From Bacilli bacterium (GTDB taxonomy: Bacteria; Bacillota_I; Bacilli_A; ML615J-28; CAG-698), in NCBI GenBank assembly GCA_023228385.1, contig JALOBF010000001.1:1-50837 (forward strand): a stretch of DNA of 50,837 nt, written 5' to 3'. How positions within the stretch are numbered: the stretch's first letter is position 1; every line of letters starts with the position of its first letter. This document shows, one piece after another, positions 45,640 to 50,837 of the stretch. The position numbers and the translations under genes are program-made. A model generated the notes under the pieces. That model ran no database searches. It was given only the letters and a program-made list of their open reading frames with translations, and was not told where the DNA came from.

Positions 45640-46149
45640 CATATAAGCCAATAATTGTAAGGCAATAAAACCGATTAAAATGCTGGTAATTAAAGAAACA
45701 AATACGACAATTGCGCTATAGAACATTAGCACATTGCCTAACCGATATATTAACTGAACAACCAACAACTGACCAACAATATGAAGGAAACCGCCAATTA
45801 CGCTGATGGATATTGGCGATGCAATTTTCTTTAAAACCAAATATCCGCCATACATTCCAAAAAAACTTAAAAATGAAGCACAAAGACTAATAACAAAGCC
45901 GATGACGTTACCTAACAGTAATGACATTAAACTTTTCAACATCGCTATTAAAAAAGCTTCTTTAAAATCCAACTGATAAATGGCATAGACAACAATGACA
46001 TTGGCAAAGCCTATTTTTGTTGTTGGCAAAAAAGGGAAGGCAACCCGCGATATCAAAATATCAAAATAAGACAAAATCAAGCTCAAAGAAACCAACAAAG
46101 CTATTTGCGTTAATTTTCTGATTTTTACATGATTACTTAGATTCTCCAT
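45619..46149 (-). CDS. Gx-transporter / heptaprenyl-diphosphate-synthase-component-I-like membrane protein
   Basis: 176 aa, about 5 TM. General resemblance to the Hpre_diP_synt_I family (small polytopic protein with a Gly-rich mid helix). Family call is tentative. Confidence 0.4.
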   Translation of the reverse strand: MENLSNHVKIRKLTQIALLVSLSLILSYFDILISRVAFPFLPTTKIGFANVIVVYAIYQLDFKEAFLIAMLKSLMSLLLGNVIGFVISLCASFLSFFGMYGGYLVLKKIASPISISVIGGFLHIVGQLLVVQLIYRLGNVLMFYSAIVVFVSLITSILIGFIALQLLAYMKKQKNS

Positions 46150-46270
46150 ATTGGCACCTGCCGTGGTTTTTTGATATTATAACATATATCTACTAAAAAG
46201 AAAATATTTTTTTATAACGAACTCTACACAGCAATTACATCAAAAAAAATTGCATTTTAATTAATTTTTC

Positions 46271-46298
46271 TGTATAATCCAACCTGAGTTTTACAGTT
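46271..46298. repeat. left terminal inverted repeat of the IS
   Basis: See the IS entry. The core AACCTGAGTTTTACAGTT (46281-46298) matches the right end at 17/18. Confidence 0.65.
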
Positions 46299-46361
46299 GT
46301 AGTGCTATGAAATGCCCATATATAATATTAGCATTTTTAAAAAATATTATAATATGGGTTT

Positions 46362-48170
46362 TTATTTTTGCTTTTTAACTCTTTCTATATTAAATCGAAT
46401 GGATTTCAAATATTTATTAAAGCTTTCTCGGGTTGCGGTGGCATAATCAAATGATACACCAAATGCTTTTTGTATTTGTTGATAATCAGCCCTTATAACA
46501 TCTTTCGCTTCATCATATTCCAATGTTTCAACTATTTCACCGTTAGCTTTAATTTTCTCTTTAAATGATAACATACCGCCAACTTCATCTATTAATACAA
46601 CACCTTCATTTGGTAATACACATGTACATGAATTTAAGACTTTTTTAATTCTGTTCGGTGAAATCTCTTTTTCCTTTAACTTATACTGCAGTAATCTTAA
46701 AATCAGCAGAGCTGTAAAACATAACAACATATGACCTTCGATATGTTTTTTTGTTTTTACATAAATTGGCCTGGTTTGCAAATCTGATTTTGTAATTTTA
46801 AACGATTCCTCAATCCGCCACAGGTTTCTATATACATCAAGAATTTTTTTATGATCATATTCAAGTTCCGATGTTATTATACAAAAATACCCATCAAACT
46901 TTTCTTCTTCATTTATCTTATCGTTATTTATTGATTTTATTGTTTGATCTCCGACTTCACCCGTGCTTGATACTACATGAGTTGTTGTAATATATTCATT
47001 AGAACCGTGCGTTAAGCCATAGGCATTGTTTTGTATTGCTTTGTTAGCTTTTTCAACTTTATAATTTCTTTTCTTCTTTGCATATTCTGCATCTTCCCTA
47101 CTCCAATAGATTAACACTTTTCTTTTTCTAGTTGTTGTTTTTTTGCTGTTTATATGACTTACATATTCTTCTTCAAATAATTTGTACTTAAAATTCTCAT
47201 CACCAACATAACCTTCTTCTTGAAACATAATTTCATGATACCTTTTTCCTTTTGGTCCTTTTAAAATTTGACTGACAACATAGCCATCACCATTATTCAC
47301 AATATAGTCAATATTACTGGTGGTGTTTAACCCTTTATCGGCAACAACTATTAAACGGCCCAAATTATAAGAAGTTTTTATATCTTTCATAGCCGGTTGT
47401 AGTGTAATGGAATCTGATGTGTTTCCGGGGAACGTTGACATTGCTATAGGTAGATTATTAGAATCCATAAATAATCCAAGTTGTATAATTGGTTCGGTTT
47501 TATGATCCTTTGACACCCCTTTTTGTTGGTATTCGCCTTTTGCTTCAGGAAAGTCTTTTTCAAAATAATAATTTGTTACATCATAAAATGCGTATGATGC
47601 ATCTCTGCCGACTATCGCTTTAATCTTATCATTTAAATGTTTTTGTAATTTTATTGAAACATCACTGAATTTATCTAGAGCTCGGTAGGTATCTACCAGA
47701 GTAAAATTATATTCTTTATTATAAAATTGTCTGATTTCCTGTAATGTCGCACGTTTTGAACGTGGTTTCATTATCCTGCGTAATGTTAAAAATTGAAACA
47801 CTTCATTTAATGAATAATTGCCCTTAAAATCGATAGAATCGAAAAACCTACCGAACTCTAGCTTATTATATATGCATTCTAAAAAGCGGTATCCATAGTT
47901 ATATTTTTTATTACAAATATCATTGTTTTTACGGTCTAACGGTATAGTAATAACAACACTTTTCTTTTTATCTCCTTTTGTTATAGATTTATTAAAAGCT
48001 ATAACTTCTTTCATAAAAGCATCTTGGTCCGGTTGGTCTTCTAAATATCCAAAGGATTTAAGGGTTACTTGTTTAGGGGCTAAACCGGGACCGGGCCTAA
48101 ATGACTTGACAACTCTGATATGGGTTTTAATTATTCCATTCGCTCTTTTAACTTTATCTTTTCTAATCAT
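46362..48170 (-). CDS. IS1634-family transposase
   Basis: 602 aa. N-terminus MIRKDKVKRANG..IRVVKSFR and DDE region (VVADKGLNT ... DGYFCIITS ... YRNLWRIEESFKITKSDL) typical of IS1634/IS4 transposases. AGGAGG RBS. Confidence 0.85.
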   Translation of the reverse strand: MIRKDKVKRANGIIKTHIRVVKSFRPGPGLAPKQVTLKSFGYLEDQPDQDAFMKEVIAFNKSITKGDKKKSVVITIPLDRKNNDICNKKYNYGYRFLECIYNKLEFGRFFDSIDFKGNYSLNEVFQFLTLRRIMKPRSKRATLQEIRQFYNKEYNFTLVDTYRALDKFSDVSIKLQKHLNDKIKAIVGRDASYAFYDVTNYYFEKDFPEAKGEYQQKGVSKDHKTEPIIQLGLFMDSNNLPIAMSTFPGNTSDSITLQPAMKDIKTSYNLGRLIVVADKGLNTTSNIDYIVNNGDGYVVSQILKGPKGKRYHEIMFQEEGYVGDENFKYKLFEEEYVSHINSKKTTTRKRKVLIYWSREDAEYAKKKRNYKVEKANKAIQNNAYGLTHGSNEYITTTHVVSSTGEVGDQTIKSINNDKINEEEKFDGYFCIITSELEYDHKKILDVYRNLWRIEESFKITKSDLQTRPIYVKTKKHIEGHMLLCFTALLILRLLQYKLKEKEISPNRIKKVLNSCTCVLPNEGVVLIDEVGGMLSFKEKIKANGEIVETLEYDEAKDVIRADYQQIQKAFGVSFDYATATRESFNKYLKSIRFNIERVKKQK

Positions 48171-48243
48171 TTTAATCGCCTCCTGTACATATTATAGCAC
48201 CACATAGCATTACTGTCAAGCATAAAATAACACTATTTTTATA

Positions 48244-48259
48244 CTATAACTGTAAAACT
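48244..48259. repeat. internal extra copy of the IS end motif
   Basis: The reverse complement AGTTTTACAGTTATAG matches left-end positions 46287-46302 (AGTTTTACAGTTGTAG) at 15/16. It lies about 140 bp inside the right end. Confidence 0.55.
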
Positions 48260-48381
48260 TTTCATAAGCATAATTTGTCATAAAAAGGCTTAAAAATGTA
48301 GAAAAGTCATAAAAAGGACTATATTATAAGCTAATTTAATAGTTTTCATATTTAGGATTTTACCCTTAGCATTACAAAATT

Positions 48382-48404
48382 AACTGTAAAAGTCAGGTTA
48401 TACA
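48382..48404. repeat. right terminal inverted repeat of the IS
   Basis: See the IS entry. Confidence 0.65.
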
Positions 48405-48435
48405 ATAAAATAAATTTTATTTCCACCATTATCTC

Positions 48436-48511
48436 TTGTTGGTTCGAATCCCCACGGACACTTACATTCGAATCCCATAAGACAATGACTCGAGTCCGTG
48501 GTCAGTCTCCA
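48436..48511 (+). other. three consecutive tRNA 3'-end-like fragments (T-loop plus acceptor-like tails), none a complete tRNA
   Basis: The three fragments are GGTTCGAATCCCCACGGACAC (48441-48461), ATTCGAATCCCATAAGACAA (48466-48485) and GACTCGAGTCCGTGGTCAGTCTCCA (48487-48511, ending in NCCA). The T-stems do not pair and no D or anticodon arms lie upstream. Confidence 0.5.
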
Positions 48512-48590
48512 TAGGTGTTTAAATCTAAATGTTTCATATTCACATAAAAAAAGAGGATATTCTAGCTTAATTTCACTAAAATACCCTATA

Positions 48591-48625
48591 AAATAAAAAA
48601 TTAGTCCTCTTTATCAGAAGACTAA
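48591..48625 (-). terminator. rho-independent terminator after tRNA-Glu
   Basis: Minus strand reads TTAGTCTTCT-GATAA-AGAGGACTAA (10 bp, one G-U) followed by TTTTTTATTT. Confidence 0.8.
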
Positions 48626-48639
48626 TAGATTTCTTAAAA

Positions 48640-48716
48640 TGGTGACCCGTACGGGATTCGAACCCGTGAATGTAGCCTTGAGAGGGCTATGAGTTCAACC
48701 GCTTCTCCAACGGGCC
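48640..48716 (-). tRNA. tRNA-Glu, anticodon CUC, with encoded CCA
   Basis: Folded by hand from the minus-strand sequence:
- acceptor stem GGCCCGT/ACGGGTC
- D-stem GAG/CTC
- anticodon stem TAGCC/GGCTA with loop CT-CTC-AA
- T-arm ACGGG-TTCGAAT-CCCGT
- discriminator A, then CCA
Acceptor and T-arm are identical to the Bacillus tRNA-Glu as I remember it. Confidence 0.88.
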
Positions 48717-48736
48717 AATAAATTATTTATGTATAT

Positions 48737-48765
48737 ATTATAGCAAATATTCATGTTAAATACAA
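48737..48765 (-). promoter_or_regulatory. sigmaA-type promoter of tRNA-Glu
   Basis: Minus strand reads TTGTAT (48760-48765), a 17-nt spacer, then TATAAT (48737-48742), about 20 nt upstream of the tRNA 5' end. Confidence 0.55.
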
Positions 48766-48809
48766 TAAAAAAAGAAAAAGTGATATTCATAGCTTATGAA
48801 TATCACTTT
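48766..48809 (-). terminator. rho-independent terminator after the TM2-domain gene
   Basis: Minus strand reads AAAGTGATATTCATA-AGC-TATGAATATCACTTT (15-bp stem) followed by TTCTTTTTTT. Confidence 0.85.
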
Positions 48810-48815
48810 AATCAA

Positions 48816-49034
48816 CTAAACTAAAACCGTTACTTTGTTTTTTACTAAAATGGTTATCAAGTCAATTAACCAACCAATGCCAAACAATCCGGCCGTAATA
48901 ATCCAAATAACTCCCAAAACAATTCTTCCCTTTGCGAGTCGATAAATTCCAAAAATTATTGGATCAAGAAAAAAAGCAATAATAAACTTAACAACGACAT
49001 TTAAACCATCAATAGCTTTAATATAATCTTTCAT
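48816..49034 (-). CDS. TM2-domain small membrane protein
   Basis: 72 aa, two TM helices, with the GIYRLAKG....GVIWIITAGLFGIGWLIDLI pattern of TM2 domains. AAAGGAG RBS. Confidence 0.65.
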   Translation of the reverse strand: MKDYIKAIDGLNVVVKFIIAFFLDPIIFGIYRLAKGRIVLGVIWIITAGLFGIGWLIDLITILVKNKVTVLV

Positions 49035-49174
49035 TAAAATACTCCTTTCAATAAACTATACCATTATTATATTTACTTTACAATACCTTTTTTTAAGTTT
49101 CCACGTTTTGTAAATTTATTATGATTATTTTAGAAAACTTTGTGAAGAATATGAATGATGAAAACACTTTATTA

Positions 49175-49203
49175 TTGTCAAGCGATACAATTAATGGTAA
49201 TAT
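49175..49203 (+). promoter_or_regulatory. sigmaA-type promoter of the alcohol dehydrogenase gene
   Basis: TTGTCA (49175-49180), a 17-nt spacer, then TAATAT (49198-49203). Confidence 0.5.
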
Positions 49204-49270
49204 ATCCTAAAATAGGAAAGTCATAGTAAATAAACAAATCGATCAATAATAAGGAAAGATAGGTGGCAAA

Positions 49271-50317
49271 ATGAAAAACACTATGAAAGCACTGGTTTAT
49301 CATGGTCCGGAGAAAATATCTCTCGATGAAGTGCCTGTACCAAAGATTATTGAACCAGATGATGCTATTGTTCGTATCACTACTTCCACAATTTGTGGAA
49401 CCGATATTCACATTTGGCATGGCGGCATGCCGGAAGTGGAAGCCCCCAGGATTCTCGGTCATGAGTTTTGCGGGGAAGTTGTTGCGGTTGGACCGGCGGT
49501 CCGCAATGTAAAGGTCGGCGATCGCTGTGCCGTATCCTGCGTTACCCAATGCGGCGAATGCTTCTATTGCAAAACCGCAACTTACTCGCACTGTGAAACC
49601 GGCAGTTGGATTTTTGGTTATATGATTGACGGATGTCAAGCCGAGTATGCAAGGGTACCTCATGCCAATTTAGGCTGCTATATTATCCCTGATAAATTAA
49701 CCGATGAAGATGTGTTATTCGTTGGCGATATTCTGTCGACAGGATATATGGGGGCCGAAAACGCAAAAATTCTTCCCGGTGATGTTGTTGCCGTTATGGG
49801 ATGCGGACCGGTTGGAATGTGTGCAATGGCGACCGCCCGATTATGGGGACCGGCAAAGATCATTGCGGTTGATACCATTCAATCCCGATTAGACTTCGCC
49901 GTAAAGCAGGGATGGGCCGATTTCGGTTTAAATCCTTTAAAATGTAAGGTGGTAGAAGAAATTAACAAGTTAAGTCACGGCCGCGGCGCCGATGCCTGTA
50001 TTGAAGCGGTCGGTGTCAGTCCCACTATGAAATATGCTCTTGATGCCGTAAGAGCCGGGGGGAATGTTTCCGTTATCGGTGTTTTTGAAAAACCGTTTGA
50101 ACTGGAAATGAATAAACTATGGATTAAAAACATCAGTATAAGTATGGGATTGGTAAATGCCAATCGGATTCCTCAATTAATCGACTTAATCAGGGCGGGA
50201 ATAATCAATATGACTCCGCTTATTACCCATAGAGCTCCTCTGAAAGACATCTTAAAAGGATATGATATTTTCGGAGGAAAAAAAGACAACTGCATTAAAT
50301 GGGTTGTTAATTATTAA
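49271..50317 (+). CDS. zinc-dependent medium-chain alcohol dehydrogenase family protein
   Basis: 348 aa. Catalytic-zinc motif GHEFCGEV, structural-zinc Cys cluster CGECFYCKTATYSHC, NAD fold GCGPVG. Visibly GC-richer than the rest of the window. Confidence 0.88.
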   Translation: MKNTMKALVYHGPEKISLDEVPVPKIIEPDDAIVRITTSTICGTDIHIWHGGMPEVEAPRILGHEFCGEVVAVGPAVRNVKVGDRCAVSCVTQCGECFYCKTATYSHCETGSWIFGYMIDGCQAEYARVPHANLGCYIIPDKLTDEDVLFVGDILSTGYMGAENAKILPGDVVAVMGCGPVGMCAMATARLWGPAKIIAVDTIQSRLDFAVKQGWADFGLNPLKCKVVEEINKLSHGRGADACIEAVGVSPTMKYALDAVRAGGNVSVIGVFEKPFELEMNKLWIKNISISMGLVNANRIPQLIDLIRAGIINMTPLITHRAPLKDILKGYDIFGGKKDNCIKWVVNY

Positions 50318-50333
50318 TTTAGATTTTTATCAT

Positions 50334-50368
50334 AAAAAGCTATCAAGTATTTATCGTGATAGCTTTTT
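50334..50368. terminator. bidirectional terminator between adh and the M42 peptidase gene
   Basis: AAAAAGCTATCA-N11-TGATAGCTTTTT between convergent stops. Confidence 0.8.
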
Positions 50369-50373
50369 ATTAT

Positions 50374-50837
50374 TTATTCATATGTAATTTCATCAACCGT
50401 TTTGCGGTCTAATTTTTTAATAACTGCCGTAATTAAGCGAATCGCATTTTCATAGTCGCCCTTATGAATAATCGAAGTATGCGAATGAATATAACGGGTT
50501 GCTATACAAAATGACATCGCCGGGACGCCGCTGTGCGTTAAGTGAACAGCTCCGGCATCGGTACCGCCGCGTTTAAGATAATCCAGTTGGTATGGGATAT
50601 TTTCTTCTTTTGCAACGGCAATCACTTTTTCCCGTAAACCGACATGGCCAATCAAAGCACCGTCATAGATAAGTATACCCGGTCCGTCCCCGATTTTAAC
50701 CGACATATCGGTTCCCGGAGTGTCTTTTGCAATCCCGACATCAAGGGCAAAGCAGATATCCGGTTCAATCATATTGCCGGAAGTCCTGGCACCTCTTAAG
50801 CCGACTTCTTCCTGAACAGTGCCGACGCCGTAACCAA
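50374..50837 (-). CDS. M42-family metallopeptidase (glutamyl aminopeptidase / FrvX/CelM-like), C-terminal part; gene runs off the right window edge
   Basis: The reading frame stays open upstream of the track's ATG 50772 to the window end, translating ...[34 protein letters not shown].... QEEVGLRGA is the M42 signature. Confidence 0.8.
   Translation of the reverse strand, partial: GYGVGTVQEEVGLRGARTSGNMIEPDICFALDVGIAKDTPGTDMSVKIGDGPGILIYDGALIGHVGLREKVIAVAKEENIPYQLDYLKRGGTDAGAVHLTHSGVPAMSFCIATRYIHSHTSIIHKGDYENAIRLITAVIKKLDRKTVDEITYE

Larger units (their letters stand above)
46271..48404 (-). mobile_element. IS1634-family (IS4-like) insertion sequence, about 2.13 kb
   Basis: Single 602-aa DDE transposase flanked by imperfect inverted repeats: TGTATAA(TCCA)ACCTGAGTTTTACAGTT at 46271-46298 versus the reverse complement of 48382-48404, TGTATAACCTGACTTTTACAGTT. 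No target-site duplication recognised. Confidence 0.7.

Noticed and set aside
49178-49663. 161-aa ORF on the minus strand overlapping the start of the alcohol dehydrogenase gene
   Set aside because: It is antisense to a CDS with clear Zn-ADH motifs in a GC-rich stretch, where long spurious antisense ORFs are expected. It has no RBS and the protein has no recognisable features.
1-50837. Alternative genetic code (TGA read as Trp, as in Mycoplasma), given the Mollicutes-like features
   Set aside because: Full-length conserved proteins are obtained with the standard code. TGA is used as a genuine stop, for example by the trmH-like gene at 309-311 and by mnmG at 20437-20439.
1-50837. CRISPR arrays, rRNA genes, prophage, defence systems or toxin-antitoxin pairs
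   Set aside because: I saw no spaced direct-repeat arrays, no rRNA-like GC-rich blocks, and no phage structural, integrase, restriction or toxin-antitoxin-like ORFs among the translations. The only mobile element is the IS1634-like copy.

Overview
Low-GC (about 30% by eye) Bacillota-type chromosomal segment, densely packed and mostly core genome. It holds about 49 protein-coding genes (about 40 on the minus strand, many separated by 1-30 nt or with overlapping stop/start codons, so long co-directional operons), one tRNA and one IS element. I saw no rRNA and no CRISPR array.

Recognisable blocks, left to right:
- trmH-like gene plus membrane protein, an alpha/beta-type SASP, nifS-thiI, and rpsD with a structured leader
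- pgk-tpiA, an orphan MsmX-type sugar ABC ATPase, spoIIE, exoA, and two ABC exporters
- the origin-proximal-type block mnmG-rsmG-soj-mscS-DUF951
- an envelope/secreted-protein cluster (22.6-27.6 kb)
- fba, degV, folD-pth-mfd-spoVT, clpB behind a perfect CIRCE operator, and rpoE-pyrG
- a Cys-rich protein-nrnA-nrnA-surE-bofA-like operon, then cwlJ-gerQ
- an accessory end (46.3-50.8 kb) with an IS1634-family element, tRNA 3'-end-like fragments, a stand-alone tRNA-Glu(CUC), and two visibly GC-richer genes (Zn-ADH, M42 peptidase)

Endospore genes (SASP, spoIIE, spoVT, bofA-like, cwlJ, gerQ) occur together with a Mollicutes-style short ClpB under CIRCE. This suggests a spore-forming Erysipelotrichia-like organism, which is inference only.

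I found no convincing defence island, toxin-antitoxin pair, prophage or biosynthetic cluster, and so no clear undescribed system. The observations I rate highest are:
- the CIRCE-controlled ClpB that lacks the N-terminal domain
- the tRNA-fragment array / IS / tRNA-Glu(CUC) / GC-shift junction
- the Cys-rich-nrnA-nrnA-surE operon
- the non-LPXTG C-terminal anchor of a large secreted metallophosphoesterase
- a penta-cysteine tail on Pgk

All calls come from reading the ORF translations and the DNA by eye. No database searches, folding or composition calculations were run.
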